NCBI RefSeq assembly: GCF_006345805.1
Contig: NW_021835988.1
Location: forward strand, 391,142-455,141
Source of the DNA: Octopus sinensis
Taxonomy: Eukaryota
Length of the DNA: 64,000 nt
Direction: 5' to 3'
Shown here: positions 1-10,157 of the stretch, piece after piece
Layout: the number at the start of each line of letters is the position of its first letter
Position numbering within the stretch: the stretch's first letter is position 1
The notes under the pieces: generated by a model
Database searches by the model: none
Told to the model about the DNA's origin: nothing
What the model saw: only the letters and a program-made list of their open reading frames with translations
Translations under genes and position numbers: made by a program

Positions 1-198
1 CATTTTATAAAGCTCTTCCATGTAAAAGCATGTAATGGGTAGGGCCATACGTGTCGCCCACCCATATGAGCCGACCATGACATATTAAAGTAGTTTCTTT
101 GAAAAATTATCGATTTTATCATCTAATTATCATCTAATTGACCAACAAAATTGAAAGACCCAAAAATAGCCAATTTGAGAGGGTTGAGTGTATTAAAA

Positions 199-385
199 AA
201 TCAGAATAATAGAATAGAATCAGAATAATAGAATAGGATCAGAATAATAGAATAGGATCAGAATAATAGAATAGGATCAGAATAATAGAATAGGATCAGA
301 ATAACAAAAAGATCAAAATAACAAAAAGATCAAAATAATAAAAAGATCAAAATAATAAAAAAATCAAAATAATAAAAAAATCAAA
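199..385. repeat. Minisatellite: 19-bp units (tcagaataatagaatagga) grading into ~17-bp units (tcaaaataataaaaaga), at the head of a dispersed AT-rich repeat
   Basis: Tandem units read directly; fewer units precede the same repeat at ~4910 and ~16535. Confidence 0.9.
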
Positions 386-711
386 ATAAACAATAGAATA
401 CTAGAGAGAAATAAATTTAAAAAAGTCTGTATGAATGCATGTTAATTAATTGATAAAATGAATACAAATTCACTTGTAAAATATACTTTATGCAAGATAT
501 TTTACCAGTAATCAATTTAATTAATAGTCAAACAAATAAAAAAACAAAAAAATTATAAAATAAAAACATAAAAGCACGAAAAAATAAAATAAGAATTAAC
601 TGCATACATGCACAACAAAAGAAAATAATATAACGTGCGTGATAATTTATTGTAGTTAATTCGATAAATTAAAAACATTTAAAAAATAAAATAAATAACA
701 TTTAATGTCAT
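386..711 (+). repeat. Dispersed AT-rich repeat family, copy 1 of 5
   Basis: Core ttaattaattgataaaatgaatacaaattcacttg...ccagtaatcaatttaattaata...catttaatgtca recurs at ~4905, ~16493, ~59130 and ~63466. Confidence 0.9.
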
Positions 712-827
712 CAATCAACGTTGGCCTGATCGAATCGAGTGAGTACAATAAAATAGACCTTGTTGTCAGAAGAGTACTCCGAAAGAATCACGTCCACGTT
801 TTGGCAAGCAATAAAGAGAAGTTATAC

Positions 828-1037
828 TTAATTATTATTATAACACATTCCGTTGGAACATGAACGAAGTTATAATCCCACACGTGTCCCAAGCGAAACA
901 ATCTTCTTGACCATCCTTGTCTATGCCCCTCTGTTGCGGGCGAGATCCCGCAAAGATTCTAGGTCGTCCCAGTTTTTGAAACTTTTGCCATGAAGTTTGA
1001 GATCCCTCCCCAGAACTGCCGGAAGAGTGGATCTAGG
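828..1037 (-). mobile_element. RTE-clade LINE 3' end (continues 1598-2165)
   Basis: Minus strand reads PRSTLPAVLGRDLK...DDLESLRDLARNR, matching the C-terminus of the RTE at 27020-28259; (TAA)n tail near 830-843. Confidence 0.8.
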
Positions 1038-1529
1038 ACCTAGATTTCTTTCCGGTAGTGAAATATCTGCTGAAGACATTTTATACCATGCACAGTTCGA
1101 TGGCTATCACAAGGTGAAACAGCATGTCGTGTGTTCGATTTACGAAAAGAAATATCAATCTTTTACTCATCAAAGCAAAAAGAGTGTCCTTTGGATAAAA
1201 AAATTTCTTAATTGACTTAGCATTTCTGGTTGATGTACTCACATATATTAATAATTTGAATATATCTTTGCAAGGTAAAGACCAAACAAAAATCCTGGCC
1301 GTCGTTAGAATAACTTGTATAATACATTTCTTTTAATTAATTTTCCTTCTTTCTTATCTTTTGTCCATGAAATAATTATTTATTTTAATAATATGATGTC
1401 CCTGATGAACGAGAGCATTTCCTGTCTAAGAACTCATTCGGTTTCGATTACAATGGGCAACCTATGCGCTCACTTTTAATAATTAAAAAAATTACTATAT
1501 TAATATCGAAAAAATAATGCAGAAAATGT

Positions 1530-1597
1530 GCGGCCGTGGAAGAGAAGGAAAACAAAATGCTATGCGGCCGCAAACCCAAAAAGCTTGCGCACCCCTG
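1530..1597. mobile_element. Single hAT terminus inserted in the RTE
   Basis: Minus strand caggggtgcgcaagctttt, a hAT-type TIR; flank atctaggt has the central TA of Buster targets and reappears as atctagg at 1031. Confidence 0.7.
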
Positions 1598-2165
1598 ATC
1601 TAGGTCTTCCACGATATTTGTCTCCATGTTCGGAGAAATAATCGTCCATTGCCCGATTGGCCGGAGCTCTGGGGTCCATTCGCAAAATATGGCCAAATAA
1701 TTTCCACCGGCCTCCAACGATTTCTTGAGACAACGGCGTGGCATGGTAATGTTTATACAGAGATAGATTGTTAATTTTTGATGGCCAGTGTATTCCGTGT
1801 AAGAGACGTAGTTTTTTACGGTGAAAAGAGTCTATAGTCTTCAGTTCAGTGTCCGAGATCCCCCATGTTGACGAGTTGTATAGTAGAACAGGCTTTACGA
1901 ATGCATTATAAAGCCTTGATCTGAGAGCCCGATTTATCGGCCAAGCTTGGAGCCATTTTTTACGTATTCTGCTCAGAGCCGCGGTAGCAAGCATCTTTCT
2001 ACGAGAAATGTCTTCACTATCTCAAAGTAGGGAGCCGAGTTTGTTGGCATTCCTCCATGTTTCGCCAATTCTGGTGTCCATTCGTTTTATCTCTGTCAAT
2101 TCAGTTTTGGAAGTGTTAATTATCAGGAACCATCTGTTAAGCATCCGTCGAGAATTGTTTGAAAA
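1598..2165 (-). mobile_element. RTE LINE RT C-terminal fragment
   Basis: RLYNAFVKPVLLYNSSTWG...RWKLFGHILRM...RGRPR is homologous to the 26952 ORF. Confidence 0.9.
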
Positions 2166-2179
2166 TGTCTATTGCACAA

Positions 2180-3363
2180 TGTCTGATATAACACAAGCAA
2201 AACAATCATACGAACTATCTATTATGTCTTTCAATGTAAGAGGCCTTAAATCGACTTGGAAACAACATGTGAGGACATGAAGAAATACAGGATCTTGGTT
2301 GGATGTCTACAAGAAACCAAAGTGAAACTCGGGGATGAGCAAGTCTATGGGGACTATCGCCTTATTCTGCTGCCCTCTGAATGCGGACACTATGGCCAAG
2401 GCTTTGTGGCACACAAACACTTATCTACTTGTATTCATCGCTGCTGGAGAGTCATCGATCGAATATCTGTACTACAAATAAGTACCGGACACAAATCCGG
2501 AATGCTTTCTATCATTAATGTTTATGCCCCTCAAAGTGGCAGGATTGCCAAGAATCTCGACGAACTAGACTCCTTTTACGAGGAGCTAGCTAGGACACTC
2601 ACAAGTCTGGAGGATTCGTACAGTCTATTCATCGCGGGAGATTGGAATGCCAAAGTTGGCATCCGCTCTGGGGACGAGCAGTTTATTGGCAGATATGGCC
2701 GTGGGCACTTTTCTGGCCCATTTCTGTGAGACCTTCTCACTATTTTTGTGTTACACGGCTTTCTGCCACGCTGCACGACATCGGACCACATGGACTGGAA
2801 GTAGAACAAATGGGGCTGGTGAACCTACATCAATCTACAACCAAATCGATTATATTCTTTGTCGACAGGCCGATAAGGCTGCCTTATTTGACTCCCGATC
2901 ATATGGAGGATCTCGGGTTGACAGTGATCATAAAATGGTCGTTGGACGTTTCTGCATCAAGAAACGCCACGCGCCCCTCAACGCGCGAGGACGTCCATCT
3001 GGTACAAGGAAAAGATATCTCACGGAAAAACTGTTGTACTCCTCCCTCACTCGGGAAAACTATCAAAAATCATTGGAGAGCTATATCTCTTGTATAGGAA
3101 CAGGTCTCTCCTCGAAGAACACATGGGATTCCATTATGAATGGTATCCATACGGCAGCTGACGAGCACATCGGCAAGCAACCAAATAATAATCAGTCTGG
3201 GAGATGCTGCCACCCAAATGTTCGGGCGATAATCGTTGAGCAAAAGGATCTAAAGCTCAGAATCGAAAACAAGAACGATCATAATAACAAACAGGCACTG
3301 AAGAGGGAACGTGCCAGAATACAACGACTCATTAAGAAACTAAACCGTCAGCACACTCTAGAC
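2180..3363 (+). mobile_element. RTE LINE 5' part: AP endonuclease and linker, frameshifted
   Basis: APE motifs SFNVRGL, LQET, INVYAP, AGDWNAKVG, NQIDYIL, SDHKMV. Confidence 0.9.
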
Positions 3364-4241
3364 CAGAGGTTTCCAAATGGGGAGGCGCGCCTCCCTAGGG
3401 AGGCGTTGACTCGTGTCAAGGGAGGCGCGAAAAGTATTTCAGAAACATTTTTTAGAAAATTATATTGAATAATGTCAAATTTGCCTATTTAGTTGACATT
3501 TTTGGGAAATTGAGTATATTGAATAAATCAATGCAGGGACCACAACTACATTTATTCTCTCAAAAGGACAAAATAAAAGCATTTATGAAAAAATTGGTAT
3601 TATGGAAATCAAATATACAAAAAAATATCTATGACATGTTTCCACTTTTAAACACCTTTTGCGCCATAGTGAACATTGAAGCAAACAAAGACATATTTGC
3701 TGAACATTTGGATTGTTTGTTGAAGCATTTTGCTCACTATTTTAAAGATCTCGACTGTAAAATGTTCGAATGGATACAGAATCCATTTATTGATGAAGAA
3801 GATAATCAATTTGCATTGACAACTTTTGAAAAAGAAATTGATAGAATTGTCATGCGATACATTATTGAAACAAAAATTTGAGAGAGAACCGCTAATTTCT
3901 TTTTGGTTGAATGTAAGAACGGAATATGAAATTTTGTCGAATAAAGCAATGAAAGTTTCTAGAGTCTAGACACTCTGGAAACCCTCCTAAACGAAATATA
4001 AGTAAAATTATTCTGAACAAACAAGATCAGAAATCTCACTAAATTACTATTAAATTTTCTGTTATTTTCATAATGTTCATGTTATTTTTATAATAAATAT
4101 TCGAACATGTCTAAACCTGGCCCTGACGAGGCCAAAAATTGTGCGCTAATACCAAAAAATGTTTATTTTATTTAAGGTGGTCCCCACAAAATTTTATAGT
4201 GCAAAAGTGATCCCCAGTCTAAAAAAGGTTGAGAACCGCTG
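3364..4241 (+). mobile_element. Chimeric, deleted hAT (Buster/ZBED8-like) remnant
   Basis: Left TIR cagaggtttccaaa; transposase C-terminal fragment FAYLVDIFGKLSILNKSMQG...WIQNPF...KQDQKSH*; right TIR ggttgagaaccgctg of a different family; flanks do not match. Confidence 0.85.
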
Positions 4242-4446
4242 ATTTAGTTTGTTGTCGTTTTTATGTTTTTCTATATTGGTTTATTTCAATTGATTATGAA
4301 GGAATAATTCTTATGAACTTTAATTTTGTCATTATACAGTTTTAAATTTCATCGTTTTATATTTTATTTCGATTTATTCCTTTCAAGTCAATTTCTATTA
4401 AAATTTTTTAATATTTGCCCCTTTATACTTTCTTAAGGATGGTGAA

Positions 4447-4690
4447 ATGCCAGATGAAGTGATTCAGAATCAGAATGAGTCAAATTTTAGGAGAACGGCA
4501 TCGTTATTTAGATTGTCGGACTCCAAAAATTACATTTTTTACTTCAAAACTTCGGGAATCTTACTACGTACCTTTGCTCTCAAGGAAGTAGAAGAAAAGA
4601 AACTTTTTATTGAAAATCTCTATTTAAAAAATGGACATCCAGGTCGAGACAAGCTGCTTTTTCTCCTTAAAGATACTGTCTATGGGTCTT
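4447..4690 (+). mobile_element. Ginger-like integrase N-terminal fragment
   Basis: NFRRTASLF...NGHPGRDKL resembles the H2C2 region of the integrases at 14157 and 15774. Confidence 0.6.
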
Positions 4691-4904
4691 GTCGGAATTC
4701 CTATTCGCAGATTTGGATTCATCCAAGATGGATTAAAAAGATGACGTCGATCATCAGACACACAAGAATAAATGTATTTTTTATTTTAGATACGTACAAA
4801 CGGGCACTCTCTTCGAAAAGTGCTTGCACTGATCATCATGAACTGAATAAAAGAGACTGTCGACAAATACCTCTCTGCCAGGAGAAGTTTAATTAATTAA
4901 AAAT

Positions 4905-5307
4905 AATAGAAGATCAAAATATTAGAAAAAATCAGAATAGTAGAAAAGATCCGAATATTATAAAAAAAATCAGAATAAACAATAAAATGTTAGAAAGAAA
5001 TAAATTTAAAAAAGTCTGTATAAATGCATATTAATTAATTGATAAAATGAATACAAATTCACTCGCAAAATATACTTTATACAAGATATTTTACCAGTAA
5101 TCAATTTAATTAATAGTCAAACAAATAAAAAAACGAAAATATTGTAAAAATTAAACATAAAAGCAAGAAAGAATAAAATAAGAATTAACTGCAAACATGC
5201 ACAACAAAAGAAAATAATATAACGTGCGTAATAATTTATCGTAGTTAATTCATAAATTAAAAAAAATTTAAAAATAAAAAAAATAAAATAAATAACATTT
5301 AATGTCA
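4905..5307 (+). repeat. Dispersed AT-rich repeat, copy 2
   Basis: High identity to 386-711. Confidence 0.9.
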
Positions 5308-5347
5308 AATTCTGTTTTAATTTATTAAAAAAATATGGAAAGCCAAA

Positions 5348-8284
5348 TTAATCAGAAATTAATCGGCCAGCAAGCCGGATGGAACAGCTGTTCCCACGCA
5401 CAACGGCCAACAGGATCCTTTGGATTAGGAAAGTAAATTCCCTAGGATCCTTGGAGCGTAAAGAACAGAGGTGGCCAAGTTTCTTTAGATGATCAACTGT
5501 CTTTGTGCCAAAGACGCACGAAGTCTCAACAACAATTGGCCAAAACCAAAAGCCGTCTAACAAGCCCCGGTATTTTTCGGATTTTGTATGTTCAGCCCTA
5601 TTAGCACGGGACCCGGGCAGAGAGGCGGATTCGTTGATGGCCGACTTGGAGAAGGAATCAACACACGTGGCATCCCAAACTAGTGGTTTACCAGCGTCGA
5701 AAGCGAACAACGTCGAGCCATCAGGCCTTTTTCCATCACCACGGTCAAGACCAATTGGCTCAAGGACAGAAGGATACCCTGCCTTTTCGAGGGCATGGAG
5801 AATGATCTTGTTAAGAGCCGAATGACGAGGTATGCGACCTGCGCTTTTCTTGCAGGAAAGGGCATGGAGCCCGTATGTGTCCATCGTTGATCCACACCGG
5901 CAGGGGTGGGGATTACAAATCGGTAATCCCAGACGAAGGCATATTCCAAAACGGAGGGCATCAGAGTCGAGGCAGGTATCCAAATGGGTCGTGGGAAGGC
6001 AGTTAAGCCAGGAGCCAGAATACGGTTGGCGACTGGCACGGAAGCAAGCTAGTCTGTGCTGGTCCAAGAGACGCTCCAACGAGTCAACGTAATATTCACA
6101 AATAATTTTGTCCCATTCACGTTGGAGAGATCGTTCTGACGGTAAGACAAAATGCTTTTCCTTCCAAAGCAAGAGTGCAGAATTGATATCAGAGTCCAAA
6201 GTTGATTCGGGTGATTTTTCAAGAATCTTATGGACAAGAAGATACAATCCTGAAGAAGATGAAAGGAAAGCGGGAAGAGAAAGGTCGAGCGCGGAGCGAA
6301 GCCCCAGACCGCCAGAGGATACAGGAAGTTTGGCCTGACACCAACCAACGTCATCAAACTTGACATTAAAAATCTTCTCAGCGGAAGAACGCACCAGAGC
6401 GTCGAAAGAATCCAAGGCAATAGGAATAGAAAAGCAGCGGGAACTCCTTAGGACATAATTGATTTTCGGGATCAGAAGATAATTTTTGAGAATGAAATAA
6501 GCAGGGTGGGGATCAATATCTGCAAGTTTATCACAAAGGGAAGAAAGGGCATTCCTCTTGGAATTAAGAATACGAATGGCGGATTGGTCGTAGATCGGAG
6601 CACCCAAGATTTCGAGATCAGCAGTGGAAGTATGTCTCAGATCGGGCAAAAGGCCTCGAAACTGAGAAAAAATGTTTTGAAAACTAACACAATCGATGTT
6701 AACATTTACAATTTCAGATTTGAGAGAATTAATTTCGAGACCAATGGATGACAAAGCTGGGATTAGAGATTCCAAGTCCTTTATCAAAATATCGGGCGGA
6801 CCACCAATAGTACAATCATCCAAATACCAAATATTCAGAGGCGACAAATTCTTACGGGCAATAAAATCCACGGAAAGGGCAAATAATAACGGGCCCAAAG
6901 GATCGCCTTGCTGTACACCACAAGAAGAGGAAATAAAGGAATCACCTGCAGCCAAAAGGCTCGGGTATCCATATGAAAGAAAAACAAATGGCAGCAATGA
7001 AGGAATTCTGTCTTTACAAACCTCAAGTAGATGCTCTCTGTTGAGAGAATTGAACGCATTTTTAACATCCAATTTTAGCAGTAGCCGGGGCTTTTCAGAG
7101 AGGTGAGTCGAATCAATAAAACACCGGGATGCGTGGACCGCGGCCTCGCAACCGCCAGGCACGCCAACGCCCAACTGAATGGGCTGGAGTTCGTCACTAA
7201 TAGACGGAATTACCAGTTTGCACCCGACTTTTGCAAACAAACGGCGGAAAACATTTCCGACGGCAATAGGCCTAATGCCGCCGTCTTTTTTCTCCAATGC
7301 TGTCAGGTTCGCAGAGAAGAAAAGCAATCTAGCATGTTCAGATATATCCCCGCAGAGGAATAAGTTACATAGCTTGGTGATAGAATGTGAAAGACAGTTT
7401 CCGGCCTCGGCAGTATCGGAAATGAGATCGATTAAGTGAATGGGACGGAGACCGTCAACACCACCACTACTATTGCCTCTGAAAGATTTCAAGGCAAACA
7501 AAAGTTGCTGGACAGACGAAGAAGCTATCGAGACCCCCTCTGGAGTTTGGGCACAAAAATTAGGCACATTGCCAGTCGGGTGCTTTGAGCTGAGAATTTT
7601 GACTACATCCGGAGTAATGGTGCGGACGGAATCGGAAGATGAAAGAATGCGGACCGCAGAACCGACGTCGTGCGCCATTAAGCAGGAGTTGATACGTTTG
7701 CGTAACCGAATGGGGTTGTTTTTAGGAATGGATGAAGTTGTTTTATTGGACTTGCCCGTAAGAGAAGGCAGACTGAAAGATTCTTTCATGAACTTATTTA
7801 TATTTTCTTTGATGGAAGAGGAAAGGGATTTGTTCGAGCATGAACCTTGAGCTGGGGAAGCGAGGGCAAATACTGCAAAGCAGAACAGTCGGTTCCAATT
7901 CGGAATGGTCTGGTCACAAATGACCGACTCTATTAAAGCCGACAAGGCCTTCGCCGCAGAAAAGCGGGCAGATCTGGGAATTCTAATAGGGATACGATAA
8001 GAAGCTCGATAATTTCGAACGAGTCTTAAGACTGATTCTGGATTAAGCAGGAAGGGGTCCACGAAGCGGGAAGGACGAATGGGAACAGAGGACCCAGAAC
8101 TGATGACACGAGGAATGTATGAGGGAGGGAAAGAGGAACAAGCAGAACAGACCCAACGAGTAAGAGATGAAGCAGACTTCTTGGACAACTTGATACAAGA
8201 ACGATGGAAACTGGCGTCACAGGAGTCGCAACGGATGGTTTTCTTCCTTTTGTTACAAGTGTTACAAACGGAACAGAGAGTCAT
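5348..8284 (-). CDS. Intact CRE-like RLE non-LTR retrotransposon ORF (978 aa): N-terminal PHD finger, RT, zinc knuckle and restriction-like endonuclease
   Basis: CSVC..CDSC..FHRSC..WVCSAC (C4HC3); GGIRPIAVG, LDVKNAFN, QQGDPLGPLLF, WYLDD; CRCG..HALSC; RH, RPD, WD; no stops. Confidence 0.93.
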   Translation of the reverse strand: MTLCSVCNTCNKRKKTIRCDSCDASFHRSCIKLSKKSASSLTRWVCSACSSFPPSYIPRVISSGSSVPIRPSRFVDPFLLNPESVLRLVRNYRASYRIPIRIPRSARFSAAKALSALIESVICDQTIPNWNRLFCFAVFALASPAQGSCSNKSLSSSIKENINKFMKESFSLPSLTGKSNKTTSSIPKNNPIRLRKRINSCLMAHDVGSAVRILSSSDSVRTITPDVVKILSSKHPTGNVPNFCAQTPEGVSIASSSVQQLLFALKSFRGNSSGGVDGLRPIHLIDLISDTAEAGNCLSHSITKLCNLFLCGDISEHARLLFFSANLTALEKKDGGIRPIAVGNVFRRLFAKVGCKLVIPSISDELQPIQLGVGVPGGCEAAVHASRCFIDSTHLSEKPRLLLKLDVKNAFNSLNREHLLEVCKDRIPSLLPFVFLSYGYPSLLAAGDSFISSSCGVQQGDPLGPLLFALSVDFIARKNLSPLNIWYLDDCTIGGPPDILIKDLESLIPALSSIGLEINSLKSEIVNVNIDCVSFQNIFSQFRGLLPDLRHTSTADLEILGAPIYDQSAIRILNSKRNALSSLCDKLADIDPHPAYFILKNYLLIPKINYVLRSSRCFSIPIALDSFDALVRSSAEKIFNVKFDDVGWCQAKLPVSSGGLGLRSALDLSLPAFLSSSSGLYLLVHKILEKSPESTLDSDINSALLLWKEKHFVLPSERSLQREWDKIICEYYVDSLERLLDQHRLACFRASRQPYSGSWLNCLPTTHLDTCLDSDALRFGICLRLGLPICNPHPCRCGSTMDTYGLHALSCKKSAGRIPRHSALNKIILHALEKAGYPSVLEPIGLDRGDGKRPDGSTLFAFDAGKPLVWDATCVDSFSKSAINESASLPGSRANRAEHTKSEKYRGLLDGFWFWPIVVETSCVFGTKTVDHLKKLGHLCSLRSKDPREFTFLIQRILLAVVRGNSCSIRLAGRLISD

Positions 8285-8540
8285 CGATAAGGAAAATTAG
8301 ATTGATAAGATAATACAACGAAGAACAACAATGAATGTGACAAAATTACAATAAAATTGAATAAATTGAAAAAAATTACACCACAACAACAACCTCTTAT
8401 TGCACTCATGCTGAAAATATGATTTCGAAAATACCATTATCGAATGATACTGTTCATCGACGAATTTCTGAAATGTCAGAAAATATTAAGTGTAAGTGTT
8501 TTAATTCTTCTCGAAACGTAAATTCAGAACACTATAAGAT

Positions 8541-9306
8541 ATGTCGCGTGGCTTACCTACGACGTTGTGGCATTGCACAATACATGTGAAAAAGAGTCGC
8601 AAACCCCCTATCCCTTCTTCATGGAGACGTGGATGGTGTCGTGCATTTCTACTTATTTCTGGCGATGTCAAACCAAATCCAGGACTCTCTCTGATTATTG
8701 CCTAAGTCAACTCAATGGAATTCAAACAAAGATTATGAGACTTAGACGATTTCTTCTCCAACTCAGTGGATATTGCTTTAATTCAGGAGTCAAAGCTTAC
8801 ATAGAAAGATTCAACCCCAACTTTCCCTGGATATTCCGTGTTCCGTAAACTTGGAAAAGGTAGAGGCCTCCTAACCTTTATCCGCAATCAGATTAATGTT
8901 ATGGACCTATCAAACAAGATATCGGCCATTATGGACATGGATTATCCTTTAGAACAAACCACAGTGAAAATAAGTTTGAGATCCTTCCGGATGACGATAT
9001 ATATACCTCCTGCGTCTTCATGTTATAAAGGATATCGTCCTAAACTTGAAGATTTTATAAGATTAGAAAATATTAATTTGCGGGGATTAGAATGCAAAAA
9101 GCCCCCTATGGTATAAAAACCAACTATTGGACCAAAAAGGATCTATAATATTGGACAGATTGACAACTTGTTAATTCTGAATGACCGGAACAAACATACA
9201 AGAACTCCTTCCAGAAATGGTGACTCCCGAACGTCACCTGATATAACTCTAGCTGCCCTATCCATTCCCCAAACAATCACGTGGGACGTTATTTATGACA
9301 GCACAT
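8541..9306 (+). mobile_element. I/Jockey-like LINE 5' fragment: leader with 2A-like motif, then degenerate AP endonuclease
   Basis: ATG 8541 is in frame to FLLISGDVKPNPG; then DIALIQESKL, YIPP, HTRTP...SPDITL, related to the N-terminus of the 33492 ORF. Confidence 0.75.
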
Positions 9307-9799
9307 CTTCTTAACGATGGCAAGATTTACTGGAGGTCCCCTTGAAGAGAGTATCTTGCCTATAAGAAGTGTTTTAGAAAATTTGAAAAAACCATTCCCT
9401 TTGGACATTGATTAAGAATTCGAGATAAAAAGGGATAAAAAGAGACGAACTGACACCGGGATCACTTAATTAGACGATTACTATTCTTCTTTTCTGTGTT
9501 CCAGGGGTTAAATAATAATATAAAAATGGGTTTCGTTTCACTTTCAAAAGCAAATCTTCAAAAAATTTAAAAAATCAGAGTTTAGGGATCTTTAAGTGAT
9601 TGAAATGAGAGAAAAGCATAGATTGAAAATTCATCCAAAAAATTTTGAATTCTCTGACAAAAAGGAATTTATTCAAAAAAACAATTGCTTGCTCAGATTT
9701 TTTTGTATAGAAGAGGAAAAAGTAAAATTTACTGTTTTACTCGAAATGAGATTGAAAATGTTATTAAAAACTGTGTTTTTTGTTATCTTTACTTATGTC

Positions 9800-10100
9800 G
9801 TATGCATGGATTAAACGAAGCAGTAAATTAATGTCGACCCAAAATGTCGAAATCAGAGTTGACACGTCAATTATAACTGAAACGAAAGTCCAATTCAATA
9901 AACCTGATATTGCGCGGAAACTGCCTGTCTTTTTGCTCGTCCTCTCAATCCAAGAATTAACGTAGATCATTTGATTATTATTATTACTGTTAAAAAATAA
10001 ATAAAATAAATAAACCTGATATTTTCGTTTATGACAATATGAAAAAGGAAATTGATTTAATTGAAGTGAGAATTAGCTCGCAAGACCGTTTAAAGAATTA
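9800..10100 (+). mobile_element. R4/Dong-like RLE fragment interrupted by a short retroposed insert
   Basis: VEIRVDTSIITETKVQFNKPDI|FVYDNMKKEIDLIEV matches the 45493 ORF. Confidence 0.8.
9912..10008 (+). mobile_element. 5'-truncated 3' tip of a CRE-like element with a 15-bp TSD
   Basis: gcgcggaaactgcctgtct...caagaattaacg matches 59760-59810; aataaacctgatatt at 9897-9911 and 10009-10023; A-rich tail. Confidence 0.85.
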
Positions 10101-10157
10101 AAAGCATGACACACAATATGTTAGTGACAAAAAATGATTCAAAAATATTATTTAAAC

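Noticed and set aside
4900-5308. Mitochondrial insertion (hydrophobic minus-strand ORF with TGA read as Trp)
   Set aside because: TAA stops and frameshifts occur in the copies checked and no mitochondrial protein motif is recognisable; hydrophobicity follows from T-richness
5505-8300. Many plus-strand and alternative-frame ORFs over the CRE element (likewise 33604-35699 and 22809)
   Set aside because: Shadow ORFs of longer coding sequence with no motifs
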